64,000 nt of DNA, taken from Planctomycetota bacterium (lineage in GTDB: Bacteria > Planctomycetota > UBA1135 > UBA2386). The translations under genes and the position numbers were made by a program. Under the pieces are notes generated by a model. The model did not search any database. It had not been told where the DNA came from and saw nothing but the letters and a program-made list of their open reading frames with translations. Numbering within the stretch: position 1 is the first letter of the stretch; each line of letters begins with the position of its first letter. Of the stretch, positions 37,516 to 45,482 are shown one piece after another. Location of the stretch: the NCBI GenBank assembly GCA_016794035.1, contig JAEUHS010000055.1:11351-75350 (forward strand), given 5' to 3'.

Positions 37516-39050
37516 CGGTGCAACCATCCTGCCTCCCTCGCTGCGAGTGCGCGCGCAGCCTCGTGGCGGTCGTCGAAGGGCACGACACTGTCCTTGAACA
37601 CCTGGTACGTCTCGTGGCCCTTGCCGGCGATCAGCACCGTGTCGCCGGGCGCCGCCGCGGCGACGGCGCTGCGGATCGCCTCGGCACGGTCGACGATGCG
37701 CTGCTGCTCGCAGGCGCTGCCGGCGAACCCCGCCACCATGTCGTCGAGGATCGCCTCGGGATCCTCGCTGCGCGGGTTGTCGCTGGTCAGGTAGGCGAGC
37801 TGCGCATGGCGCGCGACCGCGGCGGCCATCGGCCCGCGCTTGCCGCGATCCCGATCACCACCACAGCCGAACACGACGTGCAGCCGGCCCTCGCACAGCT
37901 CCGCCAGCGTGCCGCAGACCTTGTCGAGCGCATCGGGCGTGTGGGCGTAGTCGACGAAGGTGCGCACGCGGCCGCCGCGGCCGATCGGTGCCTCGACCAG
38001 CTCGAGCCGGCCCGGCACCGGGCGCGCGTCCTCGAGCGCCGAGGCCACGGTCAGCTCGCTGGCGCCCAGCGACACGGCGGCGGCCGCCGCGGCCAGCGCG
38101 TTCTGCACGTTGTGCATGCCCACGAGCCGCAGAAACAGTTCGACGCGGCCGTGCGGCATCACCATCGTGAACCGGGTGCCGTCGGGGCCGAGCTGGATCT
38201 GTTCGGCGCGGATGTCGGCATCGGGCGAGAGGCCGAACCACAGCACGCCGACGCCGGGGCCGAGCTCGTCGGCCATCACCATCGACGCGGGATCGTCGCG
38301 GTTCAGCACCGCGGTCGCGCCGGCCTGCAGGCTGGTGAACAGGCGCGCCTTGGCCCGCCGGTAGGCCGCCATCGACTCGTGGTAGTCGAGGTGGTCCTGG
38401 GTCAGGTTGGTGAACACGCCGGTCGCGAAGCGCACGCCGCGCACCCGATCCTGGTCGAGGCTGTGGCTCGAGACCTCCATCACGCAGGCGCTGGCGAAAC
38501 GATCGACCATCTCGCGCAGGTAGCCGTGGATGCGCACCGGGTCCGGCGTCGTGTTCGCCGCCGGGATGCGGCGGCCGCCGAACTCGTAGGCGATGGTGCC
38601 GAGCAGGCCGACCTGGCGCCGATCCGCCTGCAGGCAGCCCCGCACCAGGTGCGCCACGGTCGTCTTGCCGTTGGTGCCGGTGATGCCGACCACCGCGAGC
38701 GCCCGCGACGGGTCGTGGTAGTAGTAGCGGGCGGCGTCGGCCAGCGCGGTGCGCGCGTTGGCGACCACCATGACCGGCACCGACACCGGCAGCGCCTCCT
38801 CGGCGACGATCGCGACGGCGCCGCGGGCGACGGCCTGCTGCGCGTAGGCAGCCCCGTCGTTCTTGGCGCCGCGGATCGCGAAGAAGAGGTTGCCCGGCCG
38901 CACCTCGGTGGAATGGAACGCCAGGCCGTCGACCGCGAGGTCGCGCCAGCGCAACACCTCACGCGGCTGCAGGCAGTCCCGCAGCTCGCGCAGGCGAACG
39001 AATCCCTGGCCGGACGGGAGTCCGGACGGGTAGGCCAACTCAGTCATCAA
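37512..39050 (-). CDS. murE: UDP-N-acetylmuramoyl-L-alanyl-D-glutamate--2,6-diaminopimelate ligase
   Basis: VVGITGTNGKTTVAHL...DYAHTPDAL...GCGGDRDRGKR...TSDNPRSEDP matches MurE. Confidence 0.94.
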   Translation of the reverse strand: MMTELAYPSGLPSGQGFVRLRELRDCLQPREVLRWRDLAVDGLAFHSTEVRPGNLFFAIRGAKNDGAAYAQQAVARGAVAIVAEEALPVSVPVMVVANARTALADAARYYYHDPSRALAVVGITGTNGKTTVAHLVRGCLQADRRQVGLLGTIAYEFGGRRIPAANTTPDPVRIHGYLREMVDRFASACVMEVSSHSLDQDRVRGVRFATGVFTNLTQDHLDYHESMAAYRRAKARLFTSLQAGATAVLNRDDPASMVMADELGPGVGVLWFGLSPDADIRAEQIQLGPDGTRFTMVMPHGRVELFLRLVGMHNVQNALAAAAAAVSLGASELTVASALEDARPVPGRLELVEAPIGRGGRVRTFVDYAHTPDALDKVCGTLAELCEGRLHVVFGCGGDRDRGKRGPMAAAVARHAQLAYLTSDNPRSEDPEAILDDMVAGFAGSACEQQRIVDRAEAIRSAVAAAAPGDTVLIAGKGHETYQVFKDSVVPFDDRHEAARALAAREAGWLHR

Positions 39051-39077
39051 CCGCCCTACCGACCTTTGCCTCTGGGG

Positions 39078-41120
39078 TCAGCGACCCCAGCCTGAATCAC
39101 CAGGAGAGCCCTGCACCACGCGAACCTGACCGTTCGCGTCGTGCTGCGGTTCCTTGTGCCGCTGCCGCCGTCGCTCCAGGTTCTCACACTGGAGCAGCAG
39201 CCGCACAGCCGGTGGCGCAGCATAGCTGCCGCCGTAGAACCGCGCACTATCGTCCTTTTGCAACACGCACACCGCGAGCCAACGCGGCGCCTCCGCGGGG
39301 AAGACGCCGACGAAGCTCGCGTTGCGCACCTCGACCTTGCCGCGGCCGGGAATCCCGATCCGACTCGCGGCAGTGCCTGTCTTGCCGGCGACGACGCCGT
39401 GCAAGTCGATACCTGTCTCCTTCAGCATGCGGCCGTGCATGTGGAAGCCGGTCGCGTGCGGGTCGGCGCTGACCACGTCGACCATCGCCTCGCGCACCAG
39501 CTCGACCACGTCGGGCCGGAACTTCGGCCCAGGGCCGCCGGCCGGCGGGGCCGCGTGCCATTCGCCGCCGATCTCGAGCCCGCGGCAGACGCGCAGGTCG
39601 GCGCCGGCGCCGCGGAACAGCCGCAGGTAGGCGCGCGCCATCTGCATCGCGGTGACCTGCATCTCGTAGCCGAACGAGAACGAGATCGCGCTGTTGCGCC
39701 GGAACGATCGCAACGGGATCGACGGGTCGAAGGACTGCGCGTTCGGTCCGCCCCGGCTCTCGTTCGGCAGCCGCAGCCCCAGCGGCGCGCCGAAGCCGTA
39801 GAACTGCATGTAGTCGTGCCACTGCTCGCGTTCGAGCTGCAGGCCGACGTAGGACGCGCCGATGTTCGAGCTGTTGACGAGGATCCCGTGCGGCGTCAGC
39901 ACCGAGCAGTGGTGGTCGTCGCGCACGACGCGGCTGCCGAGCGATCCGATGCGTTCGCGGTAGTCGGCGCTGCCCGGCGCGCAGTCGAACTCGTGCGACC
40001 AGTCGAGCCGGCCGGCCTCGAGCGCATAGGCGAACACCAGCGGTTTCACGATCGAGCCGGGCTCGTAGAGGCTCTGGGTCGGCGTGAAGGCGGCGTTCGC
40101 GGGATGACGGGCGTCGCGATGCCACGACGCGGCCGCGAGCAGGTCACCGGTCGCCATCTCGACCAGCACCAACGCCCCCCACTTGGGCACCGTGACGCTG
40201 CCTTCGCGGGCCCCGGCCTCGGCCTGGGTCGTCAGCTGGCGCACCGCCTCGCGCTGCAGCTCGAGGTCGATCGTGCTGTGCAGCACGTTGGCCACCGGCT
40301 GTGCGTGCAACGGACCGACGAAGTACGGCTGGCCGCGGCCGTCCTTGAGGAACGGCCGCGATTCCGGCTCGGCCGGCGCCAGCGCCGCCCAGGTCTCCAG
40401 CCCGCAGACGCCGCGCGTCGCGAGCCGCCGTTCGTTCGTGCCGGGCACGACGGTCCAGTCGGTGGCGACGTGGCCGACCAGGCCGTAGGTCGCATCCCGG
40501 TCCGGATGCACGCGCCGGAAGGTGCGCAGGAAGTGCATGCTGACCGAGCTGCGGCGCGCGCCGATCTCGCGCAGCGCCTCGACGACCGACAGCACGTCGA
40601 TCTCGCCGGCGATGCGCACGTCGGCGACGCGCGGATGACCGTCCGGCACCGGCCCATCGGCCGGCAGGTCGTCGGTGCGGAAGGCGTCGCCGAACAGCCG
40701 GCGGAACGCCTCCCGATGCTGCTGGAACGACTCGGCTCGATCGGCGAGATCCGGGTCGGCGACCATCGCGCGGGCGAAGTCGGTCGCGACGTCGCCGATC
40801 CACGCGCGCATCGACTGCACGCTCCGGCCCTCCCGGGCCGGCACCGCGAGCACCGCGCGCACGTCGTAGGTCTGGCAGTCGACCGCGAGCACGCTGCCGT
40901 TGCGGTCGACGATGGTGCCGCGCGGACACGGCACCGCCTCGGTGCGCCAGGCCTGCTGGTCGGCGGTCTCGGCGACGAGCCGCAGCGGCGCGCGGCCTTC
41001 GCGTTCGAGCTGACCGGCCTGCGCGACCTGCAGGTAGCCGAGCCACCCGGCCAGGAACGCGGGCACCGCGCCCAGCAGGCCGAACGCCGCGCGCACCCGG
41101 ATGCGTTCGCCGGCCTTCAT
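39078..41120 (-). CDS. ftsI: Penicillin-binding protein (FtsI/PBP3-like transpeptidase)
   Basis: N-terminal TM helix, PRGTIVDRNGSVLA, candidate SxxK (SIVK), candidate SxN (SSN) and KTGT. ATG at 41120 overlaps the upstream stop (ATGA). Confidence 0.88.
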   Translation of the reverse strand: MKAGERIRVRAAFGLLGAVPAFLAGWLGYLQVAQAGQLEREGRAPLRLVAETADQQAWRTEAVPCPRGTIVDRNGSVLAVDCQTYDVRAVLAVPAREGRSVQSMRAWIGDVATDFARAMVADPDLADRAESFQQHREAFRRLFGDAFRTDDLPADGPVPDGHPRVADVRIAGEIDVLSVVEALREIGARRSSVSMHFLRTFRRVHPDRDATYGLVGHVATDWTVVPGTNERRLATRGVCGLETWAALAPAEPESRPFLKDGRGQPYFVGPLHAQPVANVLHSTIDLELQREAVRQLTTQAEAGAREGSVTVPKWGALVLVEMATGDLLAAASWHRDARHPANAAFTPTQSLYEPGSIVKPLVFAYALEAGRLDWSHEFDCAPGSADYRERIGSLGSRVVRDDHHCSVLTPHGILVNSSNIGASYVGLQLEREQWHDYMQFYGFGAPLGLRLPNESRGGPNAQSFDPSIPLRSFRRNSAISFSFGYEMQVTAMQMARAYLRLFRGAGADLRVCRGLEIGGEWHAAPPAGGPGPKFRPDVVELVREAMVDVVSADPHATGFHMHGRMLKETGIDLHGVVAGKTGTAASRIGIPGRGKVEVRNASFVGVFPAEAPRWLAVCVLQKDDSARFYGGSYAAPPAVRLLLQCENLERRRQRHKEPQHDANGQVRVVQGSPGDSGWGR

Positions 41121-41371
41121 TGCAGGCGCTCCAGGCGGCGCTGCTGCTCGGCCCGCAGCTGCGCCCACATGGCAGCGGCCAGGTATTCCGGCGTCGCCGT
41201 CTCGGCGCGCTCGAGCCCCAGCCGCTCCAGTTCGCCCATGCGATCCTGGATGTCGCGGTAGGTGCGTTCGACGTCGTGGCGCAGCGCGGCGTTGCCGGCG
41301 CGGATCGCGACGGTGCCGATCGCCAGCGCCACCGCGAGCGCGAACAACAGCCCGGCGAGCATCCACCTCAT
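41117..41371 (-). CDS. ftsL: Small bitopic coiled-coil protein in the ftsL position
   Basis: 84 aa: MRWMLAGLLFALAVALAIGTVAI followed by a helical region. It lies between rsmH and ftsI with ATGA overlaps on both sides. Assignment is positional only. Confidence 0.6.
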   Translation of the reverse strand: MRWMLAGLLFALAVALAIGTVAIRAGNAALRHDVERTYRDIQDRMGELERLGLERAETATPEYLAAAMWAQLRAEQQRRLERLQ

Positions 41372-42318
41372 GCGGCCTCCTCGCGGCGGATGCCGCAGCG
41401 CAGCTTGGCGCTGCGCGCGCGCGGGTTGTCGCGCAGTTCGTCGCCCGAGGCCTCGATCGGCTTCTTGGTCACCACGTCGAACCGGGCCCGCAGGAAGTGC
41501 TTGACGATCCGGTCCTCGAGCGAGTGGAACGAGATCACGCACAACCGCCCGCCGGGCCGCAGACAGTCGTGGGCGGCCTGGAGCCCGCGTTCGAGCTCGC
41601 CGAGTTCGTCGTTGAGACGGATGCGGATCGCCTGGAACGTGCGCGTCGCCGGATGGATGCGGCCGTGACGGGCGCCGCCGGGCAGCGCTTCGGTGACCAG
41701 GTCCGCGAGCTGGCGGGTGCGCACGATCGGCGTGCGGCGCCGCACCGCGACCAGGTGGCGGGCGATGCGCCGGCTGTGCCGTTCCTCGCCGAACCGGAAG
41801 ATCGTGTCCGCGAGTTCGGTCTCGCCGACCGTCGCCAGCCAATCGGCGGCCGTCGTCGGTTGCGAGGCGTCCATGCGCATGTCGAGAGGGCCGTCGGCCA
41901 TGAAGGAGAAACCGCGTTCGGGACGATCCAGCTGCAGGGAACTCACGCCGAGATCGAGCAGGACGCGGTCGCAACGGGGCTGACCGGCCGCCGCCAACGC
42001 CTCGCGCATGCTCGAGAAAGGAAGGTGGTGCAGCGAGACCCTGGCCTCTGCGCGGCCGCCGCCGACGTCTGCCAGAAGCAGCGCCCGCGCAGCAGCCAGG
42101 ATCTCGCTGTCCCGGTCGAGCCCGACCAACACGCCGCCGGAGCCGATGGCCTGCACGATTGCCCTCGCGTGTCCACCCGCTCCGACCGTACCATCGACGA
42201 CCACGAGTCCCGGGCTCAGCTGGAGACTCGCCAGCACCTCGCGCAGGAGCACCGGACGATGCACGGGTTGCCTGGACCCGTCACCGCCAGTACCACTGCC
42301 CGTGCCTTCGTCGTTCAT
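41368..42318 (-). CDS. rsmH: 16S rRNA (cytosine1402-N4)-methyltransferase
   Basis: HRPVLLREVL...VVDGTVGAGGHA...DLGVSSLQLD...SFHSLEDRIVK matches RsmH. Confidence 0.95.
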   Translation of the reverse strand: MNDEGTGSGTGGDGSRQPVHRPVLLREVLASLQLSPGLVVVDGTVGAGGHARAIVQAIGSGGVLVGLDRDSEILAAARALLLADVGGGRAEARVSLHHLPFSSMREALAAAGQPRCDRVLLDLGVSSLQLDRPERGFSFMADGPLDMRMDASQPTTAADWLATVGETELADTIFRFGEERHSRRIARHLVAVRRRTPIVRTRQLADLVTEALPGGARHGRIHPATRTFQAIRIRLNDELGELERGLQAAHDCLRPGGRLCVISFHSLEDRIVKHFLRARFDVVTKKPIEASGDELRDNPRARSAKLRCGIRREEAA

Positions 42319-42402
42319 GCGCTGCTTCCCTTGACCACCCGACAGCAGACGCAGAACTCACACCCTGACCGAGGGTGCGCCGGCACGCCTGACCGGCCGT
42401 GC

Positions 42403-42879
42403 TCAGGACTCGACCGCGGGCATCGATGGTTTGGTGGAACCGACCAAAGTGGCAAAGAGCGTCTCTTCCTCGGGACTCGCCTCGGCCAGCGAGGCGTCCA
42501 GGTGCGCGGCGGACCAGATCTCGACGACCCGACCCGTACCCACCAGGACGACCGGCTGGCTCGCAGCGAGCCCCGCGTACTTGAGCAACGGGTCGGGGAT
42601 GCGGATCCGCCGGTTCCCGTCAGGCACGACCGCCTCCGAGTGGCCGAGAAACCGTCGACACAGAGTGCGGTGGGCGCGGCTGCCAGCTACGGCCCTACCA
42701 ATGCGGTCGACGAGTTCTCGGAACCCTTCGGAGTCGTGCAGGAGCAGGCAGCGGTCCAGCCCGGCGGTCAGGTGGAACTTCCATTGGCTCTTCGGGACCT
42801 CGTCCAGGATGCGACTCGGCAGCACGAGTCTGCCTTTGTCGTCCAGTCCGTGTTCCGAGCTGCCAAAGTAGGTGACCAT
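42403..42879 (-). CDS. mraZ: Transcriptional regulator MraZ
   Basis: LDDKGRLVLPSRI and PDGNRRIRIPDPL are the two SpoVT/AbrB-like DxxxR repeats. It is the first gene of the dcw cluster. Confidence 0.93.
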   Translation of the reverse strand: MVTYFGSSEHGLDDKGRLVLPSRILDEVPKSQWKFHLTAGLDRCLLLHDSEGFRELVDRIGRAVAGSRAHRTLCRRFLGHSEAVVPDGNRRIRIPDPLLKYAGLAASQPVVLVGTGRVVEIWSAAHLDASLAEASPEEETLFATLVGSTKPSMPAVES

Positions 42880-42917
42880 CGCGCCGGGACCGGGGCTGCT
42901 GCCCCATGTCGAGTCGC

Positions 42918-42945
42918 ACCATACCGACGCTCAAACCACTGTCAA
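42918..42945 (-). promoter_or_regulatory. Candidate Pmra sigma70-type promoter
   Basis: The minus strand reads TTGACA (42945-42940), then a 16-nt spacer, then TATGGT (42923-42918). The -10 element lies about 40 nt upstream of the mraZ ATG. Confidence 0.5.
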
Positions 42946-42997
42946 CCCTGCTGAACCACTCTGCACCCCCAATGAACCACCCTCTACCACCGACCAC
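42934..42997 (-). promoter_or_regulatory. Array of about 10-nt-phased GTGGT / GGGTT boxes (MraZ-operator-like)
   Basis: The plus strand has aaccac at 42934, 42954 and 42975, aaccct at 42944, taccac at 42985 and gaccac at 42992. On the mraZ strand these read GTGGT(T). The array overlaps the candidate promoter. Confidence 0.45.
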
Positions 42998-43150
42998 CCC
43001 TTGCTGGTAGATCCCATGGTGCCGGCACGGTGGCCCCTACCCAACTGGCAGGGGTCCGCCAGCCGGCGCGCGCCGAACCTGTCGGCGCGGGATTTTCGCC
43101 GATTCCGTGCTCACCTCACCCCCATCCGCTTCCATCGCGTCCCACCCCCC

Positions 43151-43744
43151 ATGCGCCCCCCCCACCTGATCGCGTCGAGTCTCCTGCTCGCCTGTCTCTG
43201 CAGTTGCTCCGGCGGCGAACTCGTCGGCGTGCACGTGAAGCTGCAGAAGGACGGCACGGGCGTCGTCACCGTGCGCACGCTGATGGAGCCGGCCAGCACC
43301 GGCGCCGCCGAGTCGCGCGCGCAGGGCGTGACCTGGGAGAGCCGCGCCGGACTGGCCAGCGCGCAGGGCCGCTTCGACCAGATCAACGACCTGAAGCTCG
43401 GCAACGGCGGCATCCGCTTCCTCGCCGAACTCGGCGACGACCGCCCGAACCTGCGCGTGTTCCTGCAGCGCGGCCCCGACGCGGAGTGGGTCAAGGCGCT
43501 GGTGCCCGACCAGGCGGCGCGGCAGCAGATGGCGAAGGTCTACGACCCGACCGGCCGCACCCGCGAGATCGGCGACGTGCTGCGCATCGAGGTCAGCGTG
43601 CCCGGCGAGGTGTTCGCATCGGGAGTGCGGCCGAGCGGCCGCGGCGTCGAAGCGGCGCACGAAGGCAAGCGCGCCTATCTGCTGGTGCCGGTGCGCACCG
43701 CGCTCGAGGCCGGCGAAGAGCTGGAGTGGTCGTTCAGCTGGTGA
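43151..43744 (+). CDS. Hypothetical lipoprotein
   Basis: MRPPHLIASSLLLACLCSCSGG has a signal peptide and lipobox. GC3 is high. No family recognised. Confidence 0.7.
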   Translation: MRPPHLIASSLLLACLCSCSGGELVGVHVKLQKDGTGVVTVRTLMEPASTGAAESRAQGVTWESRAGLASAQGRFDQINDLKLGNGGIRFLAELGDDRPNLRVFLQRGPDAEWVKALVPDQAARQQMAKVYDPTGRTREIGDVLRIEVSVPGEVFASGVRPSGRGVEAAHEGKRAYLLVPVRTALEAGEELEWSFSW

Positions 43745-44147
43745 GATGGCAGCGGATCAGGACTGATGGCTTGAGTGTGCATGCGGCGGGCAGGTTGCCC
43801 AGGCGGCTCTGGACTGCACCCGCTGCACCTGGGACCAGCGATCCGCGAGCCCGGTCGGCAGTTCTCAGGGCCGCTCGATCCGCCCCGCCCCCTCACAGCA
43901 CACCGAGCAGCAGGTGGGTGCTCGAAGCGAGCGCCGGCGACGACGCGGGGCCGTATCCACCCGATCCGCTGCACGGCGATGCCACGGTCCCTCGGTGGGA
44001 AATCTGCGAGGAATCTCACCGCTCCGATGCACGTCAGGGCAAGCATCCCGAGCGCGCACACGCAAGACATCAGTTCTGAGGGTGCACCCGCGGTGCGATT
44101 CTCCGGAATGTCCGCCACCGGCGCGGGCTTCCGCCCACTGATGCCGC

Positions 44148-45482
44148 ATGCAGGACGCGCCCCAGCCCCGGCCGAGGCTCCAGTTCCGCGCGGGCCGGAT
44201 CCTCGCCTTCGATTGGCCCGCCGCGGTGCGCCCGCCGCTGGGCATGCAGCCGATCGAAGCTCCGCCCGCTGGCCCCCTGGCCGGGCCCGCGCGGCTGCGC
44301 TGGCGACTTCGTGCCGCCCTGCACGCGGTTGGCATCCCGTATCTCGACACGCTGGGCATCGGCACGATCGGAGCAGCACTCGACGAACGGGCCAAGGCAC
44401 CGAACGCCGACCCGAACTGGTCCGCAACGCTGCTCGCGCTGCGCCAGGCAGGCTACCGCGGCCTGGTGCAGGGTCTCGGTGATGCCGCGCGGCTGGGGCT
44501 GGTAGGAGCCCTCGCCCACGCGCTCCACCAGACCGCGCTCGTCGCCGTCGCCGACTCTGCCGTCGAGTACCGCTGGCAACGGGCGGCTGCAGCCGCCGGC
44601 CTCGCCGACGTCGTCACCCCGGCGCGGATCACCGGGCTTGCGCGCGACATGCACTGGCTCGGCGCGCGCCACGACCTGCTGGTCGTCGACACGCCCGAGG
44701 CGATGCCGCATGGGGCGCTCGCGCAGGCCTGCGACGCCTCGGCGGCGCTGGCCCGCGTCGGTCTGGTCACGCGCATCGACTCCTCCTCGGCGGCCCGCTG
44801 GGCGACCGGCATCGGCCCGCTCGTCACCACCCTCGAACGACGCGCCGGTGCCGACCACGTCGAACTGCGCACGGCGTTGCCCGACGAGGTGCGCGCCGGC
44901 TACGAAGCGGCGTGGCACACGTTCCTGGCCGCCTTCGATCGCTTCGCCGCGGCGCGGCCGAATGCCGGCTTCGGCACGTTCGTGCAGCAGGCGCGCGACG
45001 ACCCGATGCAGCGGCCGGCCCTGCGGGCCTGGCACGAGGCGGTGCGGCTCGCGGCCTGGCACGCGCACAAGGCCGCCATGGTCGCCGAGCTGCTGCAACG
45101 ACACCGCGGCCGACGCACGCTGGTGTTCACGCCCGATCGCCGCGCCGCGTACGAACTCGCCGGCCGGCACCTGATCCCGGCGATCACGGCCGAGATCCCG
45201 CGCGCCGAGCGCCAGGCGATGCTGGACGCGTTCCACCGCGGCTCCCTGCCGGCCCTGGCGGGTCCACGACTGCTCGACCTCGGCATCGCCGAAGGCACCG
45301 CCGACGTCGCGATCCTGGTCGGCGGCGGCTACGGCCGGGATCAACGCGACGCGCGCGTTCGCCGGGTGCGTCGCGATGGGCTGGTCTACGAACTGACGAC
45401 GCTCGACACCGTGGAGGTCTCGCGTGCCCACCGCTGGCGCAGCCGCGATGTCGCCGCAGCGCGTGCCGTACACGATCGCTGA
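44148..45482 (+). CDS. XPB/ERCC3-like superfamily-2 helicase homologue with degenerate ATPase motifs
   Basis: The C-terminal RecA lobe is intact (RTLVFTPDRRAAYELA...LDLGIAEGTADVAILVGGGYGRDQRDARVRRVRR). The N-lobe aligns with the XPB order, but the Walker A position reads GLGDAARLG, DExH reads DTPE, and GLTAT-RED reads GLVTRIDSS. There are only 2 Lys in 444 aa and no GK[ST]. Confidence 0.65.
   Translation: MQDAPQPRPRLQFRAGRILAFDWPAAVRPPLGMQPIEAPPAGPLAGPARLRWRLRAALHAVGIPYLDTLGIGTIGAALDERAKAPNADPNWSATLLALRQAGYRGLVQGLGDAARLGLVGALAHALHQTALVAVADSAVEYRWQRAAAAAGLADVVTPARITGLARDMHWLGARHDLLVVDTPEAMPHGALAQACDASAALARVGLVTRIDSSSAARWATGIGPLVTTLERRAGADHVELRTALPDEVRAGYEAAWHTFLAAFDRFAAARPNAGFGTFVQQARDDPMQRPALRAWHEAVRLAAWHAHKAAMVAELLQRHRGRRTLVFTPDRRAAYELAGRHLIPAITAEIPRAERQAMLDAFHRGSLPALAGPRLLDLGIAEGTADVAILVGGGYGRDQRDARVRRVRRDGLVYELTTLDTVEVSRAHRWRSRDVAAARAVHDR

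Noticed and set aside
43675-44427. Minus-strand ORF with an internal MSCVCALGMLALTCIGAV hydrophobic start in the 43.7-44.1 kb gap
   Set aside because: Its third-position GC is far below that of genuine genes here (codons such as TCT, CTT, GGA, AGA, GCA, GAT, CCA, ATA). It would also overlap the lipoprotein gene in antisense. The region is treated as non-coding.
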